A DNA stretch of 62,081 nucleotides from Candidatus Omnitrophota bacterium (lineage in GTDB: Bacteria; Omnitrophota; Gorgyraeia; Aquiviventales; Aquiviventaceae), in the NCBI GenBank assembly GCA_023247235.1, contig JAHFGW010000002.1, forward strand, positions 70,907 to 132,987, given 5' to 3'. A program made the translations under genes and the position numbers. Positions 16,407 to 24,873 of the stretch are shown piece after piece. Each line of letters begins with the position of its first letter. The stretch's first letter is position 1. The notes beneath the pieces are model-generated. The model was not told where the DNA came from. It ran no database searches and worked only from the letters and a program-made list of their open reading frames with translations.

Positions 16407-17834
16407 ATGCCTCTTCCTCCGTTGGCCACCATGCGCTGGCTGTGCGCGCTCTCAACGGCCGCAGTGTGTGGTGGGCTGATCGCGCTGATTGCGGGCAGAG
16501 CGCCGGCCTCAAACGAACTGGTGCTGACATTCAGCTTCATGGGAGTCGCGTTGGCCGCGTACGCGTGGGGGCTGTACGCGACGGCCGGCGCGATGATTGC
16601 CAGCGGCGCCATCTTCCTCTGCCTGTTGTGGGCTTGGGCCGCGCTGCACCAGGGCGAGCTTGGACTGGTGGTCGCGGCGCTGGGCCTCCTGCTCGTGGTG
16701 GCGATCATCCAACGCAGGCGCCGGTTCAAGCGGTGGCTGCGCCTGAGCCAGGTGGTCGATGACCTGGTCGAGGAACGGACGGTCAAAGACCAAGCCATTC
16801 GGCTGGCTCAGAAAACGCGCGACAACCTGCAGAAAAAGCTTGGGCGCTACCAGCAGCTCCAGGCCATCGCGGAGCGGCTGAGCAACCTGGTCCAGCTGGA
16901 AGCCATCACGCAGCTGGCCGTGGACAGCGCCTTCGAGCTGATCGGCAAATCCCAAGTGTGCCTGCTGTTTCTCATCGACCCCGACCAGCAGATGCTCTCC
17001 CTGCGCGCCTCGCGCCGCGCGGAGCCGGTCGCCAGCGTGCCCGCGAAGCACGGCGACCAATTCGACCGTCACGTGCTGCGCACGCACAAGCCGCTCCTGG
17101 TCAACGATGTGCGGCGCGACTTCCGATTCACCATGGCCGGCTCGCAGGGCCGCGCCATCGGCGCGGTGATCGGCTGCCCCCTCCTGCTCAATCAGAGCGC
17201 CGAGGGCGTGCTCCGCCTGGACAGCGACAAACCGGGAACCTACACGCAGGATGATTTGCGGTTTCTGGACATCCTCCTCGACTTGGCGGCGACCTCCATC
17301 GCCAATGCGCGGCTGTTCGCGAAGACCCAGCGGCTCGCCATGACCGATGGGTTGACCGGGTTGTGGCTGCGTCGCCCCTTCCTGGAACAGTTGGAACGGG
17401 AGCTCGTGCGCGCGGGCCGCACCCACGAGCCCTTGGCCGTGTTGATGCTCGATCTGGACAATTTCAAGGCCTACAATGACGCCTACGGGCACACCGCGGG
17501 CGACGCGGTGCTGTTGACGGTGGCCGACGCGCTGCGCCAGGCGTCGCCGCCGGATGCGACCGTCGCGCGGCTGGGCGGAGAAGAATTTGCCGTGCTCCTG
17601 CCGCGCGCCGCGCGCGAGGGCGCGCAGCGCATTGCGGAGAATCTCCGCGGCGCCGTCGAGCGGGTGCTGCGCAAGACCCCGCGAACGGAACGGGCGGGGG
17701 CCGCGCCGGTCACGGTGTCCATCGGGGTGGCGAGCTTTCCCGACGACGCGCAGGCGGACTTGGAACTTATCCGGATTGCGGATCAACGGCTCTACGAGGC
17801 GAAGCGCAGCGGCAAGAACCGGGTCTGCGCCTAA
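16407..17834 (+). CDS. Membrane-anchored GAF-GGDEF diguanylate cyclase
   Basis: TM segments, a coiled coil, a GAF-like region and a GGDEF domain with GGEEF. Start candidates are 16398, 16407 and 16431. No RxxD I-site lies upstream of GGEEF. Confidence 0.8.
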   Translation: MPLPPLATMRWLCALSTAAVCGGLIALIAGRAPASNELVLTFSFMGVALAAYAWGLYATAGAMIASGAIFLCLLWAWAALHQGELGLVVAALGLLLVVAIIQRRRRFKRWLRLSQVVDDLVEERTVKDQAIRLAQKTRDNLQKKLGRYQQLQAIAERLSNLVQLEAITQLAVDSAFELIGKSQVCLLFLIDPDQQMLSLRASRRAEPVASVPAKHGDQFDRHVLRTHKPLLVNDVRRDFRFTMAGSQGRAIGAVIGCPLLLNQSAEGVLRLDSDKPGTYTQDDLRFLDILLDLAATSIANARLFAKTQRLAMTDGLTGLWLRRPFLEQLERELVRAGRTHEPLAVLMLDLDNFKAYNDAYGHTAGDAVLLTVADALRQASPPDATVARLGGEEFAVLLPRAAREGAQRIAENLRGAVERVLRKTPRTERAGAAPVTVSIGVASFPDDAQADLELIRIADQRLYEAKRSGKNRVCA

Positions 17835-17840
17835 CCGAGC

Positions 17841-19142
17841 ATGTCCTTCTTAATCACGTGCTGGATTCTCGCCATGATCGCCGGCCTGTGCTGGGCCGGG
17901 TGGGCCACCGGCATCTTGTCGACGCTCACCGTGCTGCTGTTCTTCTCGGTGCGGCCGGGAGCTTTGGGGCATGGGCTTGGATGGCTGCAGCTAGTCGTGA
18001 TCGTGGCGACGCCGTGGCTGCTCGCCGCGCAGCGCCACCGCGACGCGCAACGCGTGCGGGAGCTGCAGCAGCAGGAAGCGCAGCAGATGTCGCACTTGCA
18101 AGAGGCCTCGCGGACGCTGCTGTCTCTGCAGGTGGGCACGCGGCGCCTTGAAACCCAGATCGCCCATATCACCGATGTCTACCATGTGACGAAGCAGACG
18201 ACCGGGGCGCTGCACGTCCGGGAGCTGTTCGAGTCGTCGCTGGGAATCGCGCCGCGCCTGCTCAACGCCAATGGGCTGCGGCTCATCGATCTCTCAGGCG
18301 AGCAGCCCACGGTCCTGCGGGCCAAACGCGCACCCGATGGCCGTCTGGTCGGCGATCCGACCAATCACGTGCAGGAATTCGAGCGCTACATCATCGATCA
18401 GACCATTCAGGCGGGCCAACCCGCCGGCGCCGAGGCCGCGGCGCTGCCGGGCCGCGTGCCGGAAGGACTGGCGCGCCTGGCGTGGGCGCCGCTCTGGCGG
18501 GAGCAGCGGCCGATCGGCGTCCTCATCGCGGACAACCTGCCTGAAGACCAGCTGAAAACGCTGACGATCGTGGCCAACCAGCTCTCGCTGCAGTTGGCGC
18601 GCATCCATCTGTATCAGCAGGTGGAAGCCATGGCCGTCACGGACGCGCTGACGGGCCTGTTCGTTCGCCGCTATTTCTTGGAGCGGGCGCAGGACGAGTT
18701 GACGCGCGCCAAGCGCCATCGCCTGCCGGCCACGCTGCTGATGGTGGACCTGGATCACTTCAAGCAGAAAAACGACCAGTTCGGGCATCTGGTCGGCGAT
18801 GTCGTCCTCAAGGATGTGGCCCAGCTGCTCAAGCGCAACCTGCGCGAGATCGATCTCATCGCCCGCTACGGCGGGGAGGAGTTCGTCCTGCTGCTGGTCG
18901 AGACGGGCGTCGAGCAAGGTCTCGCCATCGCCCAGCGCCTGCGCCAGCTCGTGGAGATGCGGCCGATCCGGGCCTATGACGAGCTGCTGCATCAGACGAT
19001 CAGCGTCGGCGTCGCGGGGTTTCCCGAGGATGCGCAGGACTTCGAGCCGCTCCTGGAGCGAAGCGACCAGGCGCTCTACGCCGCCAAGCGGGCCGGACGC
19101 AACCACGTCGCGCGTTGGTCAACAGCACACGCTCCTGCGTAA
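17841..19142 (+). CDS. Membrane-anchored GAF-GGDEF diguanylate cyclase (paralogous architecture)
   Basis: TM segments, a coiled coil, a GAF-like region and a GGDEF domain. The I-site REID lies 5 residues before GGEEF (REIDLIARYGGEEF). Confidence 0.85.
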   Translation: MSFLITCWILAMIAGLCWAGWATGILSTLTVLLFFSVRPGALGHGLGWLQLVVIVATPWLLAAQRHRDAQRVRELQQQEAQQMSHLQEASRTLLSLQVGTRRLETQIAHITDVYHVTKQTTGALHVRELFESSLGIAPRLLNANGLRLIDLSGEQPTVLRAKRAPDGRLVGDPTNHVQEFERYIIDQTIQAGQPAGAEAAALPGRVPEGLARLAWAPLWREQRPIGVLIADNLPEDQLKTLTIVANQLSLQLARIHLYQQVEAMAVTDALTGLFVRRYFLERAQDELTRAKRHRLPATLLMVDLDHFKQKNDQFGHLVGDVVLKDVAQLLKRNLREIDLIARYGGEEFVLLLVETGVEQGLAIAQRLRQLVEMRPIRAYDELLHQTISVGVAGFPEDAQDFEPLLERSDQALYAAKRAGRNHVARWSTAHAPA

Positions 19143-19150
19143 TGTTCAAG

Positions 19151-19175
19151 GCGTAATGCGTTCTTCACATTACGC
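19151..19175 (+). other. Stem-loop in the GGDEF-glucokinase spacer
   Basis: gcgtaatg-cgttcttca-cattacgc: perfect 8-bp stem with a 9-nt loop. No U-tract follows. Confidence 0.5.
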
Positions 19176-19206
19176 ATGACACCTTGCACATTCAACAGGA
19201 GCTAAC

Positions 19207-20235
19207 ATGTCGGCAGCGTGGACGGTCGGCGTCGACTTCGGCGGCACGAACATCAAGGTCGGTCTGGTCGATCGGCGGGGGCGCGTCGCGCAGATGGTGC
19301 GGCTGTCCACGCACCGCGCGGGAAAGCCGGACACCTTTGTGCCGGCGATCAGCCGGACGGCGCGCGCCATGGCTCGGTCGGTCGGCGTGCGGTCCTCCGA
19401 GCTGCTGGGGATCGGGATCGGAGCCCCTGGCCTTGTGGACGCCTCGCGTGGGATTGTGCACTATCTCGTCAATGTGCCGGGCTGGCGCCGGGTGCCCTTG
19501 GCGACGCGTCTGCGGCGGCGCGTGGGCTGTCTGGTCGCGGTCGACAACGACGTCAATCTGGTGGCGCTGGGCGAGTGGTGCTTCGGCGCCGGCCGAGGTT
19601 CGCGGCACCTGGTGTGTGTGACGTTGGGGACCGGCATCGGCGGTGGCCTTATCATCGGGCCGTGTCTCTACCGCGGGGCCAGCGGTTCGGCCGGCGAGCT
19701 GGGGCATATGGTGCTCGCGCCTGGAGGGCCTCGATGCGGCTGCGGCCGGCGCGGCTGCCTGGAAGCCTCGATCGGCACTCGCGCGATCCTGCGGCAAGCT
19801 CGCGCCGCGATGCGGCACGGCGCGCCGCGCCTTCGGCGGCTGGTGCAGGCCGGCGGCGGGACGCTGATGCCTGAGCTGGTGGCCCGCGCAGCCGCCTTGG
19901 GCGATCCCGCCTCCAGACGGATCTGGCGTGAGGTGGGCGCGTCGCTGGGGACCGTGTTGGCCAGCGTCGTGAACCTTATGAACCCGGATCGGATCGTCAT
20001 CGGAGGCGGCGTGGCGAACGCCTGGCGGTTCTTGGCCCCGGCGATGACCACGGCGCTGCGCGCGCACGCGATGGATGTGCCCGCGCGGGCGGTGAAGGTG
20101 GTCTGCAGCCAATTGGCTGAGCGCGCCGGCATGCTGGGAGCCGCCGTGCTCGTCTGGCAGCACATCGAAGAGCGCTCGAGGCTCGAGGCTGGATGCGACG
20201 CGACGAGCCACGAGCGGCGAGGAGGCCTCTCATGA
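19207..20235 (+). CDS. ROK-family glucokinase
   Basis: VGVDFGGTNIKVGLVD ATP-binding N-terminus. ROK zinc motif GHMV..CGCGRRGCLEA. AGGAG SD upstream. Confidence 0.85.
   Translation: MSAAWTVGVDFGGTNIKVGLVDRRGRVAQMVRLSTHRAGKPDTFVPAISRTARAMARSVGVRSSELLGIGIGAPGLVDASRGIVHYLVNVPGWRRVPLATRLRRRVGCLVAVDNDVNLVALGEWCFGAGRGSRHLVCVTLGTGIGGGLIIGPCLYRGASGSAGELGHMVLAPGGPRCGCGRRGCLEASIGTRAILRQARAAMRHGAPRLRRLVQAGGGTLMPELVARAAALGDPASRRIWREVGASLGTVLASVVNLMNPDRIVIGGGVANAWRFLAPAMTTALRAHAMDVPARAVKVVCSQLAERAGMLGAAVLVWQHIEERSRLEAGCDATSHERRGGLS
20174..20215 (+). repeat. Heptamer composite, family A copy 2: (gctcgag)x2-gctggat ... (acgagcc)x2
   Basis: Read directly. It encodes the glucokinase C-terminal tail RSRLEAGCDATSHER and lies just before the SD and ATG of the transaldolase. 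Confidence 0.85.
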
Positions 20236-20924
20236 AGCTGTTCTTGGATTCGGCCAACATCGCCCACATCACGGAAGCCATGAGCTGGGGGGCGATCGAT
20301 GGGGTCACGACCAACCCTTCGCTAGTCGCCAAGGAAGGGCAGGACTTTTTCCCGCTCCTGAAGCAGATTTGCGAGCTGGTCAACGGCCCCGTGAGTATGG
20401 AGACGGTCAGCCGCGACGCCCAGGGGATGATCGACGAGGGCTTGGTGTTCTCCAAGCTCGATCCGAATATCATCGTCAAATGCCCGCTCATCAAAGAAGG
20501 GTTGAAGGCCACGCGCGAGCTGACGGCCCGCGGCGTGCGCGTCAACGTCACGCTCTGCTTCTCGGCCAGCCAGGCGCTGTTGGCGGCCAAGGCCGGCGCG
20601 TACTATGTCAGCCCGTTCGTCGGGCGCCTCGATGACATCAGCGTTGACGGCATGGCGCTCATCCGCGACATGAAGACCATGTTTGCCAACTATCGATTTG
20701 CCACCCAGATTCTGGTCGCCAGCGTCCGTCATCCCCTCCATGTCATTGAGGCCGCGCGCATCGGGGCGGACATCGCCACGATGCCCTTCTCAGTGCTGGA
20801 GACGCTGGTGAAGCATCCGCTGACTGACGCGGGGCTGGAGCGGTTCCTGAAGGATTGGGACCAGCTGCCAGCGAAGGCCAAAGCGTGGAAGACGAAAATC
20901 GGAGCTCAGCTCCCCATCCGCTAA
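20232..20924 (+). CDS. tal: Short-type transaldolase / fructose-6-phosphate aldolase
   Basis: MKLFLDSAN..GVTTNPSL and IIVKCP (Schiff-base Lys region). Length is about 230 aa. ATGA overlap with the upstream stop. Confidence 0.9.
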   Translation: MKLFLDSANIAHITEAMSWGAIDGVTTNPSLVAKEGQDFFPLLKQICELVNGPVSMETVSRDAQGMIDEGLVFSKLDPNIIVKCPLIKEGLKATRELTARGVRVNVTLCFSASQALLAAKAGAYYVSPFVGRLDDISVDGMALIRDMKTMFANYRFATQILVASVRHPLHVIEAARIGADIATMPFSVLETLVKHPLTDAGLERFLKDWDQLPAKAKAWKTKIGAQLPIR

Positions 20925-20925
20925 C

Positions 20926-23900
20926 GTGAAGCGGCGTCGCTGGCTTGTCGTGCTGACGGCCTACGGGCTAGGCCTTTCGGCCTCGCTGTTGGCGAAGCCG
21001 CCGGCTTCCCATCCCAAGGCTCCTCCCCCTTCAGAAGACCGTCCGAAGGCCCCCGCGGCATCTGGCAACAGGCGCGGCCCTGTGGAGTCCGCTGCGCGCA
21101 CTCCCGAAGACGAGGCTCGGCTCGCAGACCTCTGGCACCGCGCGCGCGCAGCCCTGGAAGCGCGGCAGTACGACCGGGCCCTTGGGCCGCTGGACGACAT
21201 TCTCACCCTCACGCCGGAGGACCCCTGGGCCAAGCTCTACCGATCGCTCGCGCAATCGCGCGCGCACGCGACAGGCGCGACGAAGTCGCTTGGGGCCGAA
21301 GAGTGGAGCGCGCTGCGCCAGCGGCTGAAGGAGGAAGAACGGCGCCAAGCCGGGCAAGCCGAGCAGCGCCGCGCGGTCGAGCGGGCGGTGCGGCGGGAAC
21401 AGACACAATGGGATCGTGAGCTTCAGGCGCTGCAGCGCGAGAAAGATCGCCAGGCGCGTGAGAAGGCACGCGAGGCGCGCCGCGAGCCCACGCGGCAGCC
21501 AGCGCCGCCGGCCCCAGCTCCGGCCACCAGACCCACCATCGAGCCTCCGTCTCCGAAGCCCGCGCCTCCTGTGGCACCCGCGCTGGAGCCGGCTGTGAGC
21601 CAGCCGCCGGCGCCGCCGAAGCCGCCACGCCCCAGGAAGCCGAAGCCTGAAGTCAAAGCCCCCGCACCTGAAGCGCCTCCACAGCCTGCGGAGACTCCGG
21701 CACCAGCGGTGCCAACCGCCGAGCTGCCAGGACTCGTGGCGCCAACCCCCCCGCGTGCCCCGGGGGCTCGGCTGCCTGCGTCGCCGCGTCAGACGCCCGT
21801 CGGCGCCGTGCGCATCAATGCCGGGCAAATGAGCGTGGCGACGGAGCGGAACGTCGCGATCGCGGAGCGCGACGTCGAAGTCCTGTATGGTTCCTCGCGG
21901 CTGACCTGCGACCGCTTGACCCTCTTTACTGATACGCACGACGCCTACGCGCAGGGACATGTCCGGTTGGAGCAAGAGGGGCAGATCGTGCGCGCGGACA
22001 TGGCCCACGTCAATCTGGAGACGCAAAAGGGCCGCTTCCTGGAAGGCACCCTCTCCATGGAGCCATGGCACGAGCACGGCCGCTCGATGGAACATCTGGC
22101 GCAAGGCGTGTACCGGGTGACGCCGGGCTATGTGACGTCATGCGATCAGGAGCCCCCGCATTTCAAGTTCTACGGCCGAGAAGCCACCGTGGTCTCAGAG
22201 GAACGCGTCGTGCGGGCCCGTAACACGACGCTCTTCGTCGGGGAGGTGCCGCTCATCTATCTGCCGTGGCTCTCGCTGGCCGACCACCACATGCCGTTCT
22301 ACATCATCCCGGGCACGCGCAAACCCTGGGAGCAATTCGCCCTCATGGGCTACCGGTACGAGTGGCCGGCCAACCACAAGGGCAACATCCACGTGGATTG
22401 GCGGCGGACGTTTGGCTGGGGCACCGGATTGGATCATCAGTTTGATGCCAAGCGATTCGGGAAGGGCCTGTTCCGCGTCTACTACAACGATGAAGGGCCG
22501 ATGCGCACCCCGAAGGAAGCGCTCCCCAAGGGCGCCCGGATCAACCGCTACCGCGTCTTGTGGCGCCATCTGTGGGAGCCGCAACCCGGAACCACCGTGA
22601 CGACCGATATCCAGAAGTTTAGCGACGCCGATTTTCGGAAGGATTTCCTCTTTCGGGAGGAGTTCGTGGAAGACTCCACGGGGCCCCAGGGCTTCGTCTC
22701 GGTCGTGAAAGGTACGCCATGGGTCAGCGCGGCGGCCGTCGTGCAGCAGCGGATGAACCGGTTTCAAACGGAGGATGAGCTGGAGCCCCAGCTGACATTC
22801 GACGTGAGGGAACAGCGCATCGGCGAGACGAACTTCTTCTCGAAAACGCGCTTGGACGTCGCCAACATGCAGAAGAAGCGCGCCCATTCGGACCGGGATA
22901 CGGACGTGTCGCGCGTCGATCTCTTCGAGCAGCTCAGCTATGCCGTCAACCTCTTACGCCCGCTGGAGATCACGCAGCGGGCCGGTGTGCGGGAAACGTA
23001 CCACTCGAAAGACATCCAGAGCGGCGATGATGCCAGCCCAGGCACTGACCGGCCGCAAGGGAATCGGGATCTGCTCAGCGGGCAATTCTCCACAGGGACC
23101 GACGCGAGCCTGAAGCTCTTCCGCATCTTTCCGCTCACGACCAATTCGCTTGGCCTCGACATCAACTGGCTGCGGCACGTGCTCACTCCATCCGTGTCCT
23201 ATACCTATATCCACCGGCCGACCGTGCCGCCGGAGATCCTCGCCTTCAGCGCCGCGGACGGCCAGGACAACTCGGTGACCTTCGGCTTGGAGAACAAGCT
23301 GCAAACGCGTCGCCGCATCAACGGGTCGCTTCGGGGCGTGGAGTTGGCGCGGTTCTTCACGTCGCTGCCCTATACCTTCAATGGGAGCCACAACAAAGCC
23401 GGCGGGCGGCTCGGAGACTGGGCGTTCGACTTGGAACTCTATCCCTGGTACTGGATGCGGCTGGAGTCCGACTGGGGCGTTCCCAGCCACTTCGTGAAAG
23501 GAAGCCGAGACAACCGCATCCGCACCTGGAACGTGGACTGGATCGTCGTGGGCGGCAAGGGCACGGCGCTGGCCTCCACGGTCCCTGGCATTCAGGCACC
23601 GGAGCGGCGCATCTATGAGCCGGGCGCGCATGGCGGCGACATCGGGATGCTCATGCCTGAAGGGCAATGGTACTTCGGGTTGGGCCATCGATACTCGCAG
23701 AACGACAAGACGGAAGGCGTCATTCAATTTGACTGGCGCCCCAGCGCGAAATGGGAGATCGGCACGTTTCACCGGCTGACCTACAAGGAAGTCGTCGGCG
23801 GCTCGAAGCGGTTCAACAACGTGCGCGAGTACCAGTACACGTTGCGGCGCGACCTGCATGATTGGCTGGCGGAGTTCATCTACCGCGTGGACCGCGAGTT

Positions 23901-24030
23901 CGGCGAGGAGATCTTCTTCACGATGACGCTGAAGGCGTTCCCGGGCCTCCCCATCGAAATGGGCGACTCGTACCACCAGCCGAAGGCCGGCTCGCAGAGC
24001 AGCCCGTTCTCGCCGGTGCCAAGCCAATGA
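20926..24030 (+). CDS. lptD: LPS-assembly protein LptD (OstA family) with an N-terminal extension of about 265 aa
   Basis: GTG start and a signal peptide. OstA-like segment RLTCDRLTLFTD..AQGHVRLEQEG, then a large beta-barrel region. The extension is a charged coiled coil followed by a Pro-rich tract. Confidence 0.8.
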   Translation: MKRRRWLVVLTAYGLGLSASLLAKPPASHPKAPPPSEDRPKAPAASGNRRGPVESAARTPEDEARLADLWHRARAALEARQYDRALGPLDDILTLTPEDPWAKLYRSLAQSRAHATGATKSLGAEEWSALRQRLKEEERRQAGQAEQRRAVERAVRREQTQWDRELQALQREKDRQAREKAREARREPTRQPAPPAPAPATRPTIEPPSPKPAPPVAPALEPAVSQPPAPPKPPRPRKPKPEVKAPAPEAPPQPAETPAPAVPTAELPGLVAPTPPRAPGARLPASPRQTPVGAVRINAGQMSVATERNVAIAERDVEVLYGSSRLTCDRLTLFTDTHDAYAQGHVRLEQEGQIVRADMAHVNLETQKGRFLEGTLSMEPWHEHGRSMEHLAQGVYRVTPGYVTSCDQEPPHFKFYGREATVVSEERVVRARNTTLFVGEVPLIYLPWLSLADHHMPFYIIPGTRKPWEQFALMGYRYEWPANHKGNIHVDWRRTFGWGTGLDHQFDAKRFGKGLFRVYYNDEGPMRTPKEALPKGARINRYRVLWRHLWEPQPGTTVTTDIQKFSDADFRKDFLFREEFVEDSTGPQGFVSVVKGTPWVSAAAVVQQRMNRFQTEDELEPQLTFDVREQRIGETNFFSKTRLDVANMQKKRAHSDRDTDVSRVDLFEQLSYAVNLLRPLEITQRAGVRETYHSKDIQSGDDASPGTDRPQGNRDLLSGQFSTGTDASLKLFRIFPLTTNSLGLDINWLRHVLTPSVSYTYIHRPTVPPEILAFSAADGQDNSVTFGLENKLQTRRRINGSLRGVELARFFTSLPYTFNGSHNKAGGRLGDWAFDLELYPWYWMRLESDWGVPSHFVKGSRDNRIRTWNVDWIVVGGKGTALASTVPGIQAPERRIYEPGAHGGDIGMLMPEGQWYFGLGHRYSQNDKTEGVIQFDWRPSAKWEIGTFHRLTYKEVVGGSKRFNNVREYQYTLRRDLHDWLAEFIYRVDREFGEEIFFTMTLKAFPGLPIEMGDSYHQPKAGSQSSPFSPVPSQ

Positions 24031-24061
24031 GCCAGGCGCAGTCCACAGCAGGAGGCACGAC

Positions 24062-24790
24062 ATGAGCAGGGTCTTGGCGAGGCAACTCGGGTGCGGGCTG
24101 GCCATGCTGCTGACGGTCGGCCAGGCGCCGCTGGCGCGGGCTGAAGCCGTAGGCAGTCCAGCGAGCATCCTCAAGAAAGGCCGCTGGGCGATGGGACTCG
24201 TGGGCGGCTGGGTGGCCGACCGGAACTTCAAGGGCAATGCCCAGGCCACCGTGGTCCACGCCGGGCACTTCCGGGGCTACGGGCTGACCGACCGGCTGAG
24301 CCTCTATGGCCGCCTAGGCGGGGCTGGCATCGAGGTGGATGATCCCTCCATCCAAAAGATAGATCGCTCCACGACGCACAGCTTCGGGCTCAATTTCGTC
24401 GGGGCCATCCAACTGAAGGCGCGCGTCATGGAGAGCAAGCGGTTCGGCGTGGAGTGGGACGCGAGCGCCCAGTATCTCGAGATGCGCGCAGGGCACAAGG
24501 ACAAGAATGAAGGGCGATGGCATGAGGGGCAGTTGGCCACCGGCCTCGCAAAGTCCTTGGGGCGCTTCACCCCGTATGCGGGCGTCAAATTTGCCATGGT
24601 CGATTTCGTGTACAAAGTGCGCGAGAGCGGCACGCTCCTCCGCCAGGATAAGTATGAGCAAGAGACCCCGGTCGGCCTCTACGCGGGCACCGATGTGCGC
24701 TTCGGGGAGCAGCAAGATGTCATCCTGAACGTCGAGGGGGATTACCTCGATGGCCTCGAAGTGACGGTGGCCCTCGCCTACACCTTCTGA
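24062..24790 (+). CDS. Outer-membrane beta-barrel protein
   Basis: Signal peptide ending ARAEA, alternating beta-strand pattern, C-terminal ..ALAYTF (terminal Phe). AGGAGG SD upstream. Confidence 0.7.
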   Translation: MSRVLARQLGCGLAMLLTVGQAPLARAEAVGSPASILKKGRWAMGLVGGWVADRNFKGNAQATVVHAGHFRGYGLTDRLSLYGRLGGAGIEVDDPSIQKIDRSTTHSFGLNFVGAIQLKARVMESKRFGVEWDASAQYLEMRAGHKDKNEGRWHEGQLATGLAKSLGRFTPYAGVKFAMVDFVYKVRESGTLLRQDKYEQETPVGLYAGTDVRFGEQQDVILNVEGDYLDGLEVTVALAYTF

Positions 24791-24796
24791 TATAAT
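24788..24796 (+). promoter_or_regulatory. Candidate extended -10 element ahead of the sugar locus
   Basis: TGaTATAAT, 78 nt upstream of the ugd ATG. No good -35 element. Confidence 0.35.
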
Positions 24797-24873
24797 CGGG
24801 ACATTCCGCACGGGTTCTTCTCCCGCCTGAACGGTCTTGCAGGCGTTCCTCGATGCCATCAGGAGCCTGATCG

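Noticed and set aside
15128-16798. A 556-aa minus-strand ORF. Many other long minus-strand ORFs are similar, e.g. 22954-24249, 38908-39993, 44406-45668, 45656-46897 and 55927-57111.
   Set aside because: All lie antisense to + strand genes with clear family motifs. Their translations are Arg/Ala/Pro/Gly-rich low-complexity sequence with no recognisable motifs. These are typical shadow ORFs of GC-rich DNA.
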